Made by a program: the position numbers and the translations under genes
Shown here: in pieces, positions 39,631 through 52,729 of the stretch
Layout: every line of letters begins with the position of its first letter
Numbering within the stretch: the first letter of the stretch is position 1
Source of the DNA: Candidatus Eiseniibacteriota bacterium
GTDB taxonomy: Bacteria > Eisenbacteria > RBG-16-71-46
Length of the DNA stretch: 64,000 nt
Assembly (NCBI GenBank): GCA_963725865.1
Contig: CAVSAC010000014.1
Location: 832,001 to 896,000, forward strand
Reading direction: 5' to 3'
The notes under the pieces: generated by a model
Told to the model about the DNA's origin: nothing
Database searches by the model: none
Seen by the model: the letters and a program-made list of their open reading frames with translations, nothing else

Positions 39631-41669
39631 GCTTCCTCAACCCGCTGTTCCTGTTCGGGCTGCTGGCGGCCTCGATCCCGATCCTCATCCACCTGTTCAC
39701 GCGCCGGCGGCCGCGCGAGGTGCGCTTCCCCTCGCTCGAGTTCCTGACCGAGGTGAACCAGAGCGAGATCCGCCGCCTGCGCCTGAAGCAGTGGCTGCTG
39801 CTGCTGCTCCGCACGCTCGCGGTCGCCTGCCTGGCGCTGGCGCTCGCGCGCCCCGCGCTGCGCGGCAGCGCGAGCGGCCGCAGCGGCGCCGCCTCGACCG
39901 TCGTGGTGCTGTTCGACGTCAGCGGCAGCATGGGCGCGCGCGACGCGCGCGGCGCCTCGCTGGTGGACGGCGCCCGCCGCGTCGCCGAGGACCTGCTCGC
40001 CGCGCTCGGGCCCGCCGACGAGCTGCTGCTGGTGCCCTACGACGAGACTCCGCGCCCGGTCACGCCCGCCCCCTCGTCCGCGGTCGCGCGCCTGCGCGGC
40101 GCGCTGCAGGCGCTGGCGCCCACCGCGCGGCGCACCGACCACGTGCGCGCGCTCGAGGCGGCCGCGCGCGCGCTGGGCGAGTCGCACGCGCTCAACCGCG
40201 AGCTCTTCTGGCTCTCGGACTTCCAGCGCGCCGGCTTCGGCACCGCGCCGCCCGCGGCACCCGCCGGGCCGTGGGAGCGCGCGCGCGTCTATCTGGTGCC
40301 GTTCGCGCCGCGCACCACCGCCAACGCGGCGCTGACCGACGCGGCGCTCGCGCCCGGCAGCGATCCGGTCGCGCTCACCGTGGGCGCCGCCTCGTTCGGC
40401 GCGGCACCCGGCGATCGCGCGGTGACGGTCGCGGGCGCCGGCGGCGAGGGCGAGCTGGGGCGCGGGTTCGTCACGCTGCCCGAGCGCGGCGAGAGCAGCG
40501 CGCTGCTGCCGCTCGCGCGCGCGCCGGAGCAGGGCGGAGCGGCGCGGCTGGCGGAGGACGTGCTGCCGCTCGACGACCAGCGCTGGTTCGCGGCCGGGCG
40601 CGCGGGCACGCTTCACGTGCTGCTCCGCGAGGACGCCGGTCCCTCGCCGCTGCGGCTCGCGCTCGAGGCGGGCTCGCCCGCCTCGGGAATCGCGGTCGAG
40701 GTGGTGGACGCCGCCGGCCTGAGCGCGCGCGCCGCCGGCGCCGACGTGATCGTGATCGACGACGTCGAGCGGCTGGGCCCGGTCGAGACGCAGGCGCTGC
40801 TCGATCACTGGCGCGGCGGCGGCGCGGTGCTGCTGGTGCTGGGCGCGCGCGCGGACGCCGCATTCTGGAACGCCACGCTGCTGCGCGAGCTGGGCGCCGG
40901 CACGCTCGGCGATCCCGAGACCGCCGCCCCGGACGCGGCGTGGCGGCTCGGCCGCACGGTCGCCGGACATCCGGCGCTGGCGGGCTTCCCGGCGCGCCCC
41001 GGCGAGCCGCTGTCGACCGCGCGGTTCCAGCGCGTGCGGGCGTTCGCCGCCGGCGCCGGCGCGCGCACGCTGCTGGCCTACGATCGCGCGCACCCGGCGC
41101 TGCTCGAGGCCCCGCATGCGCTGGTGTTCGTGGGCTCGCTCGCGCCCGACGCGTCGGACTTCCCGGTCAGCGGCGCATTCCTGCCGCTGTTCCACCAGAT
41201 GGTGCGGGTGCTGGGCCGCGGCACCGCGGCCGCCTCGCTGGTGCCGGGCGAGCGCTGGAGCGTGCCCGCGTCGACCGGCAGCTGGCGGATCGAGGACGTC
41301 GCCGGCACCGAGGTGCCGTCGACCGTCGCCGCCTCGGCGGGCGCGGCGCGGCTCACATCCGCGCCGCTCGAGCGGCCGGGACTCTATCGCGTGCTGCAGG
41401 ACGGGCGGGTGCGCGCGACGTTCGCCGTCAATCCCGACGTGCGCGAGTCCGACCTCGCGGCGGCCGGCGAGGCGGCGCTGGTGGCGGCGTTCCCGCGCGG
41501 CCGCGCGCAGGTGTTGCACCCGGGCGAGGGGCTCGCGCGCCGCGTGCGCGAGGCGCGCTTCGGGCGCGAGCTGTGGAGCGCGTTCCTGATCGCGGCGCTG
41601 GCGCTGCTGGCGCTCGAGACGCTGATCGCGCGCGCCGGCATGCCGGGCGGCGCCCCGCCGCGGAGCTGA
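39627..41669 (+). CDS. BatA N-terminal/VWA domain membrane protein
   Basis: FLNPLFL...PILIHL, LLLLLRTLA...ARP, MIDAS DVSGSM, LSDFQ, NPD..ESDL, C-terminal TM. Confidence 0.9.
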   Translation: MSFLNPLFLFGLLAASIPILIHLFTRRRPREVRFPSLEFLTEVNQSEIRRLRLKQWLLLLLRTLAVACLALALARPALRGSASGRSGAASTVVVLFDVSGSMGARDARGASLVDGARRVAEDLLAALGPADELLLVPYDETPRPVTPAPSSAVARLRGALQALAPTARRTDHVRALEAAARALGESHALNRELFWLSDFQRAGFGTAPPAAPAGPWERARVYLVPFAPRTTANAALTDAALAPGSDPVALTVGAASFGAAPGDRAVTVAGAGGEGELGRGFVTLPERGESSALLPLARAPEQGGAARLAEDVLPLDDQRWFAAGRAGTLHVLLREDAGPSPLRLALEAGSPASGIAVEVVDAAGLSARAAGADVIVIDDVERLGPVETQALLDHWRGGGAVLLVLGARADAAFWNATLLRELGAGTLGDPETAAPDAAWRLGRTVAGHPALAGFPARPGEPLSTARFQRVRAFAAGAGARTLLAYDRAHPALLEAPHALVFVGSLAPDASDFPVSGAFLPLFHQMVRVLGRGTAAASLVPGERWSVPASTGSWRIEDVAGTEVPSTVAASAGAARLTSAPLERPGLYRVLQDGRVRATFAVNPDVRESDLAAAGEAALVAAFPRGRAQVLHPGEGLARRVREARFGRELWSAFLIAALALLALETLIARAGMPGGAPPRS

Positions 41670-41677
41670 GGGTGCGG

Positions 41678-42574
41678 ATGCCCCCGCGCCTCGGCGCGCT
41701 CGTCGCGATCGTGTTCTGGGGGCTCTCATTCGTCGCCACCAAGGCGGTGCTGCGCGAGATCTCGCCGGTGACGCTGATCTTCACGCGCTTCGCGATGGGC
41801 TCCGCGCTGCTGCTGGCGCTGGTGGTGGCGTGCCGCCTGCCGCTGCGGGTCTCGGGACGCGAGCTCGGATGGCTGGCGCTCGCCGGGTTCATCGGGGTGT
41901 TCGTGCACCAGCTGCTGCAGTCGTACGCGCTCACGCTCACGACGGCGGTGCGCACCGGCTGGCTGATCGGGCTGATCCCGATCTGGTCGGCCGTGCTGGC
42001 CGCCGTGTTCCAGCGCGAGCGCTTCGGGGTCGTCAAGGTCGCCGGCCTGCTGCTCGGCTTCGTCGGCGCGCTGCTGCTGGTCACGCGCGGGCGCCTCGGC
42101 GGCGGCACGCTCGCACTGCCCTCCACGCGCGGCGACCTCCTGATCCTCGCCAGCACGCTGAACTGGGCGATCTACACCAATATCGGCCGCGGCGTGATCG
42201 CGCGGCTCGGCAGCCTGCGCGCGACCGCCGGCGCGATGCTGCTGGGCTGGCTGATGCTCGCGCCGCTGTTCGTGCGCGCGGCCGGGTGGCGCGAATACGC
42301 CGCGCTCTCCCCCGGCGGGATCGGCGCGCTGGTGTTCCTCGGCCTCGGCTGCTCGGGGCTCGCGTACCTGTTCTGGTACGGCGCGCTCGAGCGTATCGAG
42401 ACCTCGCGCGTCGCGGCGTTCCTGTACCTGGAGCCGCTCGTGACGCTGGCGGCCGCGGTGAGCTGGCTGGGAGAGGAAGTCGGACTCATGACGGTGATCG
42501 GTGGCCTGCTGGTACTGGCCGGGGTGGCGCTGGTGCAGCGTGCGCCGGCGGCCGCGAAGGAGGAGGGATCGTGA
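41678..42574 (+). CDS. DMT/EamA family transporter
   Basis: WGLSFVATK, RFAMG, GDLLIL, FLYLEP. About 10 TM segments. Confidence 0.92.
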   Translation: MPPRLGALVAIVFWGLSFVATKAVLREISPVTLIFTRFAMGSALLLALVVACRLPLRVSGRELGWLALAGFIGVFVHQLLQSYALTLTTAVRTGWLIGLIPIWSAVLAAVFQRERFGVVKVAGLLLGFVGALLLVTRGRLGGGTLALPSTRGDLLILASTLNWAIYTNIGRGVIARLGSLRATAGAMLLGWLMLAPLFVRAAGWREYAALSPGGIGALVFLGLGCSGLAYLFWYGALERIETSRVAAFLYLEPLVTLAAAVSWLGEEVGLMTVIGGLLVLAGVALVQRAPAAAKEEGS

Positions 42575-42900
42575 ACGAGCCTGCCGCGGGCGCTCCGCGG
42601 GTCGAGACGCTGGCCGAGCTGGTGAAGTACCAGGACGGCGCGGTGGTGAGCCGTCAGCTGGTCAAGCAGCCCGCCGGCAACGTGACGCTGTTCGCGTTCG
42701 CGGCCGGCGAGGGCCTGAGCGAGCACACCGCTCCGTTCGATGCGCTGGTGGTGGTGACCGACGGCACGGCCCAGATCACGATCGAGGGCGCGCCCTACAC
42801 CGTGCACGCGGGACAGTCGCTGCTGCTGCCCGCGCATCGGCCCCACGCGGTGCGGGCCGAGGCGCGCTTCACGATGCTGCTGGTGATGATCCGCGCCTGA
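42571..42900 (+). CDS. Cupin domain protein
   Basis: TLFAFAAGEGLSEHTAP...G...PAHRPHAV. Confidence 0.9.
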   Translation: MNEPAAGAPRVETLAELVKYQDGAVVSRQLVKQPAGNVTLFAFAAGEGLSEHTAPFDALVVVTDGTAQITIEGAPYTVHAGQSLLLPAHRPHAVRAEARFTMLLVMIRA

Positions 42901-42921
42901 GCGCGCCCGCCCCTCACACGA

Positions 42922-42951
42922 AGGCCCCGGGTCGCGGACGACCCGGGGCCT
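42922..42951. terminator. Hairpin between convergent cupin and OmpA-family genes
   Basis: 13-bp perfect stem AGGCCCCGGGTCG / CGACCCGGGGCCT with a 4-nt loop. Confidence 0.7.
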
Positions 42952-42970
42952 CGTGCGATACGACGATGAA

Positions 42971-43789
42971 TCAGCGCTTCTCGACGTCCACGCCCTTCGG
43001 CAGCGCGTCGGGATTGAGGACCTGCAGCTCGACGCGACGGTTGGCGGCGTAGTCGGCGTCACGCTTCTCGGGCGAGACCGCCAGCTTGGACTCGCCGTAG
43101 CCCTTGGCCGTCAGGTCGCCGCCATCGAGCTTGTAGTGACCGAGCAGGTACGACCGCACGGCCTCGGCGCGCGCCTGGCTCAGCCGCTGGTTGTAGGCGG
43201 CGGTGCCGCGCGAATCGGTGTGGCCCTGGATCTCGAACCGCACGCCCGGCAGCTTCTCGAGCGCCGCGCCCACCTCGTTCAGACGCGTCTCGGATTCGGG
43301 CAGGAGATTCGACTTGCCGGTCTCGAAGTAGAGGTCGCGCAGCACCAGGTTGCCCTTGAACAGCGCCTGCTCGGTCGCGGTCTGCGCGGGAGCGGGCGGC
43401 GGCGGCGGGGGCGGCGGCGGCGCGACCGGCTTGGCCGGGGCGGGCGGCGGCGGCGGCGGTGTCGCGCGCGCCATCTTCTGCTCCGCCGAGCAACCCTGCT
43501 TGTCGACCTTCACGCCCTTGGGGGTATTGGGGCACTGGTCGACGCCATCGCAGACGCCGTCCCCGTCGGTATCGACCGAGCAGCCCCACTGGTCGACGAC
43601 ACAGCCCTTCGGAGTACTCACGCAATCGTCGACGCGATCGAACACGCCATCGCCGTCCATGTCCACCGCGGGCCAGCGGAAGCAGGGCGCATTCGGATCG
43701 CGCTGCGCGGCTCCCTGATCCGCCGCGATCGCAGAGCCGGCGTACGCAAGGAGCAACGCAAGAGCGGCGAATACAGTCAGTCTTCTCAT
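42971..43789 (-). CDS. OmpA-family peptidoglycan-binding protein with thrombospondin type 3 repeats and a Pro-rich linker
   Basis: Signal peptide, two D-x-DGDGV-x-D-x-x-D-x-C repeats, poly-Pro linker, IQGHTDSRG, N..LSQARA, NRRVE. Confidence 0.92.
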   Translation of the reverse strand: MRRLTVFAALALLLAYAGSAIAADQGAAQRDPNAPCFRWPAVDMDGDGVFDRVDDCVSTPKGCVVDQWGCSVDTDGDGVCDGVDQCPNTPKGVKVDKQGCSAEQKMARATPPPPPPAPAKPVAPPPPPPPPPAPAQTATEQALFKGNLVLRDLYFETGKSNLLPESETRLNEVGAALEKLPGVRFEIQGHTDSRGTAAYNQRLSQARAEAVRSYLLGHYKLDGGDLTAKGYGESKLAVSPEKRDADYAANRRVELQVLNPDALPKGVDVEKR

Positions 43790-43917
43790 GGGATCCCTTC
43801 TTCGTCGCAGGTTGACCAAGCGCGTGACCACCGAGCCTGGTCCTTGTCCCGGTCCGGCCCGCGCATAGACGGCGAGATATATAGTCAGAATTCGTCCATT
43901 TGGGTAGTGTGCTTTGC

Positions 43918-44529
43918 ATGCGAACCCTGATGAAGCGACTGCTGCTCGGGTGCCTTCTGGTCGTTCCCACAACCGTTTACCCGCATTCGGACGCCGATTC
44001 GGGGGCCGCGATGATCGGCCACCCGGCGCCTGCCTGGAGCTTCGATCGATGGGCGCGCGGCGGTCCGCTCTCGCTCGCCGAGCTGCGCGGCAGGGTGGTG
44101 CTCATCCGCTTCTGGACCGAGCGCTGCAGCTTCTGCACGAACACGCTGCCGGCGCTCGAGCGCGCGCGCGTCGCGCACGCGGATGAAGGGTTCGTGGTGC
44201 TGGGAGCGTTCCATCCGCAGCGCGCGGCTCAGCACCGGAGCGACCGGCGCATCCTCGCGCTCGCCGACTCGCTGGGATTCCAGGGCCCGATCGCCGTGGA
44301 CGAGCGCTGGACCACGCTCGCCCGCTACTGGCTCACCGGCCACCCGGAGCGCAACTGGGTGTCGGTGTCGTTCCTGATCGGACGCGACGGCAACGTCCGC
44401 TGGGTGCACGGCGGCGGCGAATACCATCCGACCGACGACCCGCGCCACCATCGCTGCGACGTCCAGTGGAAGGAGTTCGAGCACGAGCTCGCGGCCGCGC
44501 TGGCCGCGCCCGCGCCCGCGAGCCCCTAG
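43918..44529 (+). CDS. Exported TlpA/ResA-like thioredoxin-fold protein
   Basis: Signal peptide, LAELRGRVVLIRFWTERCSFC (CxxC), FLIGRDG. Start 43918 or 43930. Confidence 0.85.
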   Translation: MRTLMKRLLLGCLLVVPTTVYPHSDADSGAAMIGHPAPAWSFDRWARGGPLSLAELRGRVVLIRFWTERCSFCTNTLPALERARVAHADEGFVVLGAFHPQRAAQHRSDRRILALADSLGFQGPIAVDERWTTLARYWLTGHPERNWVSVSFLIGRDGNVRWVHGGGEYHPTDDPRHHRCDVQWKEFEHELAAALAAPAPASP

Positions 44530-44536
44530 GCGGTCG

Positions 44537-46258
44537 CTAGCGGACCAGCGCGATGCGCGCGGTCCGCACCCGCGCGCCCTGCGCGAGCCGCACCAGGTAG
44601 ACGCCGGGAGCCAGGCCCGCGGCCCCGAAGCGCGCCACCTGCGGGCCGGCGCCGGTCGCCGGCAGCGCGCGCGCGGCCACGCGACGGCCCGCCGCGTCGA
44701 ACAGCTCGAGCGTGGCGGGACCACCCGCCGCGAGCCGATAGTCGATCGCGAAGTCGCCGCGCGCCGGGTTGGGCCGCGGCGCCAGCAGCGCGAGGCCGGC
44801 CGGCGCCTGCGCGTCCACGGCGAGCGGCACCGGGGTGAGCGCGCCCAGCCGCTGCAGGTAGACCGCGTAGTCCACCTCGTTGTTCGCCAACGGGACCGCC
44901 TCCAGCCAGCTCACGTAGCCGCCCGCGATCGACTGCGGATCGCGCTCGATGATGCTCGCGCCGAGGGGCACGCTGAGGTCGAAGCCGTCCGCGGGCCAGC
45001 CCGCCGCGAGCGCGCCCGCCGCTTCGACGCGCTGCGCCCGCACGCCGCGGACCGCGACGGCGCTCCCCACCGGCTGCCACGCGCCGTCCCACGCCACCAC
45101 CGCGCCGCCGAGCGGATCGCGCAGGACGGTGGTCGTCGAGGGGCCCTCGACGTTGGGCGTGCCGGAGAGCGCGACGCCGCTCTCGCTCCAGCCCGGCGCC
45201 CAGCCGCCCGCACCGGTCATCCGGGTGATCCAGGCGGGCCGCTCGCCGTAAGCGCCGCCCGCCCACGCGACGTACACGCCGCCCGCGCCGTCGAGTGCCA
45301 ACGCCGGCGCGATGTGCGAGCCCGGGTGCACTCCGACCTCGGTGCCCGCCAGCGTCCAGCCGGGCAGCGCGCCGCCCATGATGGAGCAGCGCGTCACCCA
45401 CACGCTGGGATCCCCCGCGGCATCGGCGGCCTGCCACGCGAGGTAGGCGCCCGTGCCGCCGTCGGAGACCAGCTGCGGCGCGGGATACAGCGTGCGCGGG
45501 ATCGGGAAGGCGATCGACCACTGCGCCTGCAGCGCCGGATCGAGACGCTGCAGGCGCAGCGTGGTCGCGACCCCCGCGGCGGCCACGTCCTGCTCGTGCC
45601 ACAGCAGGTAGCAGCCGCCGGCGCGGTCGCTCGCGAGCCGCGCGCTGGCGATCGAGAGCACGCTCGGCGAGACCACGCGCGTCACCACGCCGTCCAGGTG
45701 CGCGGGATCGATCGTGCCGTCGCCGCGCAGGTGTTGCACGACCAGCGCCACGGCGGGTGCCCCGCGCGAATCGAGCCACGCCACGAACGCGCCGCCGGCA
45801 TCGTCGCTCGCGGTGGCGAGCACGCTCGGCGCACCGCTCGCGCCGCACACCGTCACCGGCCCGGACCAGCCCGCGCCCGCACCGCCCTGCGCGCCGTAGT
45901 GGAGCGCGTACAGGTCGAAGTCGCCGGTCCCGTCGTCGAGCGTGTGGAACAGCACCAGGCCGCCCGCGCCGTCGCCCACGCCCCGGGTGCCGAGCGGCGC
46001 GATCGGCCATCCGGTGACGGTCGTGCCGTCGGCCGCGACGCGGCGCGCCGATGCGAAGTAGGGCCGGCCCGAGACCACGATCGCGCCGCCGAAGCCATCC
46101 GGCAGCAATTGGTGGGCGGGCGCCAGTCGGCCCTGCGAGGGCGGGTCGTACACGATCACGCCGGCCGCCGGCCACTCCGCGCGCGCGGAGCCGGACAGCA
46201 GGAGCGGGAGCACGACGGCCAGTCGCCGGATGCAGGAACACGGATGCGGACTGCGCAA
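44537..46258 (-). CDS. Secreted repeat (probable beta-propeller) protein with a C-terminal FlgD/T9SS-A-like sorting domain
   Basis: TTG start with GAGG RBS and a signal peptide ending ARA. Repeated DG-x-GG-x-x-V-x-W motifs. C-terminus PNP...LFDAAGRRV...GVYLVRL...RIALVR. Confidence 0.8.
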   Translation of the reverse strand: MRSPHPCSCIRRLAVVLPLLLSGSARAEWPAAGVIVYDPPSQGRLAPAHQLLPDGFGGAIVVSGRPYFASARRVAADGTTVTGWPIAPLGTRGVGDGAGGLVLFHTLDDGTGDFDLYALHYGAQGGAGAGWSGPVTVCGASGAPSVLATASDDAGGAFVAWLDSRGAPAVALVVQHLRGDGTIDPAHLDGVVTRVVSPSVLSIASARLASDRAGGCYLLWHEQDVAAAGVATTLRLQRLDPALQAQWSIAFPIPRTLYPAPQLVSDGGTGAYLAWQAADAAGDPSVWVTRCSIMGGALPGWTLAGTEVGVHPGSHIAPALALDGAGGVYVAWAGGAYGERPAWITRMTGAGGWAPGWSESGVALSGTPNVEGPSTTTVLRDPLGGAVVAWDGAWQPVGSAVAVRGVRAQRVEAAGALAAGWPADGFDLSVPLGASIIERDPQSIAGGYVSWLEAVPLANNEVDYAVYLQRLGALTPVPLAVDAQAPAGLALLAPRPNPARGDFAIDYRLAAGGPATLELFDAAGRRVAARALPATGAGPQVARFGAAGLAPGVYLVRLAQGARVRTARIALVR

Positions 46259-46507
46259 TGGGACCTCGGTCGCGGGCGGTCCGGAACGGGGGACGGCACA
46301 TGAAGTGTGCGCCTTCCGAGCGCGCGCGGGCAACGGCGAACGCGCGCCGCCGCCGCGCGGCGGGCGCCGGCGCGCGCGACCGCGCCTTGGGAGCACCCAC
46401 GGGCCTCTGCTAGTGTCGCGCCCGCTCCGCGCCCCGACGCGGGGCACCGATCCACCGCCGTGGGGCAGCCCGTGGCGGCTTTTCGCGTTTCGCGCCCGCC
46501 AGGAGCC

Positions 46508-49960
<3,453 letters not shown>

Positions 49961-49979
49961 CCCCGCGCGGGTCCGCGCT

Positions 49980-50195
49980 CTACCGGATCACGGCGACCTT
50001 CATCGTGGCGCTGGTGCGCCCGCTCGCGTCGCGGGCGCGCAGGAAGTAGATGCCGCCGCGCAGCGGCGGGCGGAACTCAGGGGGTCGATGGCGAACGCGC
50101 TGCGCCCGCGCCGGCGGAGCTGGCGTCCGCACGCCAGACGACGCGGCCCTGCAGGTCGTAGAGCTTCACCTCGAGCGGACCCGGGGCCGCGTTCA
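49980..50195 (-). pseudogene. Frameshifted remnant of a C-terminal sorting domain
   Basis: Minus strand reads PLEVKLYDLQGRVVW in one frame and PPLRGGIYFLRARDASG...KVAVIR* in another. No upstream gene body. Confidence 0.6.
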
Positions 50196-50344
50196 CCGCA
50201 CCCTGCGTCCGCCATCCGGAGAGTCCTCCATGAGGATACCTGAGCGGAGAGGGCGCCGAGCCATCGGATCCGCCCTTACGTTTGCCCGGCCCCCGCCGCT
50301 GCTCTACCTTCCCGTCCTCACCCTGAACCCGAGGACTGCCCACC

Positions 50345-51835
50345 ATGACCGATCCGATCCATCCCGGGCGCTTGGCGCGTCCGTGGCTCGCGCCCGCGGC
50401 CGCGTTGCTCGTCGCCGGCGCCGCGCTGCTCGCGGGCTGTTCGAAGGTGCCGGAGCGCGAGGTGCTCGCGCGCGTCGGGACCCGCGTCCTGACCGCCGAC
50501 GACTTCCGCTCCATCGCCAAGGACAATGCCCCGCAGTACCCGTTCGCGCCCGACAGCGCCAAGCACGCGATGCTCGACGACATGGTGCGGCGCGAGCTGA
50601 TGCTGGTCGCGGGACAGCGGCTGGGTCTCGACAAGGACAGCGCCGTGGTGGCCGCGCGCGCGGTCGGCGACGACGACCTGCTGGCGCGTTCGCTGTTCGA
50701 GCGGCTCGCCCCCAACGACGTGGCGGTGAGCGACAGCGAGGTGGCGCAGCTCCACCGCTGGCGCGGCACCAAGAACCACGTGATGCTCCTGTACACGCCC
50801 GCGCGCGCGAACGCCGATCGCGCGGTGGCGGACCTCAAGGCGGGGCACCCGTTCGCGAAGGTCTCCGAGCAGTTCGGCCAGGCCGGCGTGGTGCCGCCCG
50901 GCGGCGACCTGGGCTGGATGGTCGCCGGCCAGCTCGTCGATCCGCTCGACCAGCTGGTGCGCGACGCGGCGCTCGGCGTTCCGCTGGGCCCGGTCGCGGC
51001 GCCGACCGAGGGCTGGCTCGTGGCGCTGGTCACCGAGCGCCAGCCGCAGCCGACCGGCTCGCTCGAGGAGGAGAAGCCGTTCCTCAAGAACATGCTGCGC
51101 CAGCGCAAGCAGCGCACCATCGCGATGAAGGCGTTCCAGCAGCTGCGCGAGCAGTACCACGTGGCCGTCGACCCGCGCGGCCCGCTCACGCTGTTCCAAC
51201 TCGGCAGCGCCGGTGGCGCGACGACGATGCCCGACACCACGCAGGTGCTCGCCACCTACGACGGCGACCGCGGCGCGCACCTGCGCTACACCGTCGGCGA
51301 CGCGATGAAGGACATGGCCAACCCGGCGCGCGACCGGCCGCCGTTCCAGTCCACCGCGGCGCTCCAGACGTGGATCGACGGCCAGGTCATCCCGCGCGTC
51401 GCGGTGATCGAGGCGCGCCGCCGCCACCTCGAGAAGGAGCCCGACGTGGCCCGCCGCATCCGCGCGCGGGTGGAGAACGCCATGCTCCAGCGCGTCTACG
51501 AGCTGAAGGTGATGACCGGGCTCGACGTCACGGACGACGAGGTGCTGGCGCACTACACCGAGCGCGCCGCGATGTTCACGCGCACCGATTCGACCGGCCG
51601 GGTGATCCCGCCGCCGGCGTTCGCCGCGCTGCCGGAGAACCTGCGCCAGGGGCTGCGCCAGGAGGCGCTGATGATGAAGCGCGATGCGCGCCTGCGCGAG
51701 CTGACGACCGAGATCGAGCACACGGTGAAGCCGTTCGAGGTGCACCCCGAGCGGCTCCAGCGCCTCGAATGGCCGGCACCGGAGCCCACCGCGATGCAGG
51801 GCATGCCGGGCGGGATGCCGTCCGGGCATCCGTGA
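50345..51835 (+). CDS. PpiC/SurA-like peptidyl-prolyl isomerase-type lipoprotein
   Basis: Lipobox LAGC, VLARVG, F..VSEQF, GGDLGW. Follows mfd, as in many diderms. Confidence 0.75.
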   Translation: MTDPIHPGRLARPWLAPAAALLVAGAALLAGCSKVPEREVLARVGTRVLTADDFRSIAKDNAPQYPFAPDSAKHAMLDDMVRRELMLVAGQRLGLDKDSAVVAARAVGDDDLLARSLFERLAPNDVAVSDSEVAQLHRWRGTKNHVMLLYTPARANADRAVADLKAGHPFAKVSEQFGQAGVVPPGGDLGWMVAGQLVDPLDQLVRDAALGVPLGPVAAPTEGWLVALVTERQPQPTGSLEEEKPFLKNMLRQRKQRTIAMKAFQQLREQYHVAVDPRGPLTLFQLGSAGGATTMPDTTQVLATYDGDRGAHLRYTVGDAMKDMANPARDRPPFQSTAALQTWIDGQVIPRVAVIEARRRHLEKEPDVARRIRARVENAMLQRVYELKVMTGLDVTDDEVLAHYTERAAMFTRTDSTGRVIPPPAFAALPENLRQGLRQEALMMKRDARLRELTTEIEHTVKPFEVHPERLQRLEWPAPEPTAMQGMPGGMPSGHP

Positions 51836-51952
51836 GGATGGGCCGCCGGATCTCCGGCTGACGAACGGGCTCGACCGGCCTTCGCGGGGTAGACGGCGCG
51901 GCGGGGCGCGATCCTTGCGCCCCGCGGGGGAACTCCGCGCCGTGTCGGAACC

Positions 51953-52729
51953 TCAGCGCAGCCGGCGACGCACCTCGGCCGCCCGCCGCTCGCTCGCTTC
52001 GACGCGCGTGCCGTCCTTCAGTCGCAGCACGAGCACGCCTTCCTCGCCGCCGTAGGACTCGATCGCGTCGACGTTCACCAACGCGCCGCGATGGACCCGC
52101 ACGAAGCGGCCCTCCGGCAGGCGCGTCTCCAACTCCTGGAGCGTGTAGTCCACCAGATACTCGTGCCCTTCGCAACGGGCAAGTACGAGCCGGTCGCGCG
52201 AGAAGATCAGCGGCACCTCGGTCAGGTCCAGCAGCCGCACTTCGCGGCGGTGGCGCACCGGAAGGCGCTTGAGCTCCGGCCGCTGCTCGCTGAGCGGCGT
52301 GGCGTCGAGCGCCTGCTGCAGCGCCCGCGAGCGCGACGCCGCGCGTCCGGCGCGATGCTCCTCGATCACGCGCTGCACCGTCTCGGCGAGCCGCTCGCGG
52401 CGGATCGGCTTCAGCACGTAGTCGAGTGCCGCGACCTCGAACGCCTCGACCGCGTAGCGGTCGTACGCCGTCACGAACACCACGATCGGCGCCTCGGGCC
52501 CGCGCAGGTGGCGGGCGACCTCGAGGCCCGAGAGGTCGGGCATGTGGATGTCGAGGAACACCACGTCGGGCTTGAGCTTCGCGGTCAGCGTCAGCGCCTC
52601 GGCGCCCCCGCGCGCCACGCCCACCACCTGCAGGTCCTCGTGCTCGCCCAGCAGCTTCTCCAGGAACTGGCGCGCGCGCGGCTCGTCGTCGGCGAGCACC
52701 GTGCGCAGGCGCGCGGCCCGCTCGGTCAT
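51953..52729 (-). CDS. LytTR-family response regulator
   Basis: ADDEPRAR, FLDIHMP, FVTAYDRYAVEAF, DYVLKP, FVRVHRGALVN. Confidence 0.95.
   Translation of the reverse strand: MTERAARLRTVLADDEPRARQFLEKLLGEHEDLQVVGVARGGAEALTLTAKLKPDVVFLDIHMPDLSGLEVARHLRGPEAPIVVFVTAYDRYAVEAFEVAALDYVLKPIRRERLAETVQRVIEEHRAGRAASRSRALQQALDATPLSEQRPELKRLPVRHRREVRLLDLTEVPLIFSRDRLVLARCEGHEYLVDYTLQELETRLPEGRFVRVHRGALVNVDAIESYGGEEGVLVLRLKDGTRVEASERRAAEVRRRLR

Noticed and set aside
43393..43460. GGC/CCG trinucleotide-like repeats
   Set aside because: They encode the poly-proline linker of the OmpA-family protein and are not an independent repeat element.
43874..43890. GATATATAGT resembling an NrdR box
   Set aside because: Single partial match far from nrdJ. 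Better explained as AT-rich divergent promoter sequence.
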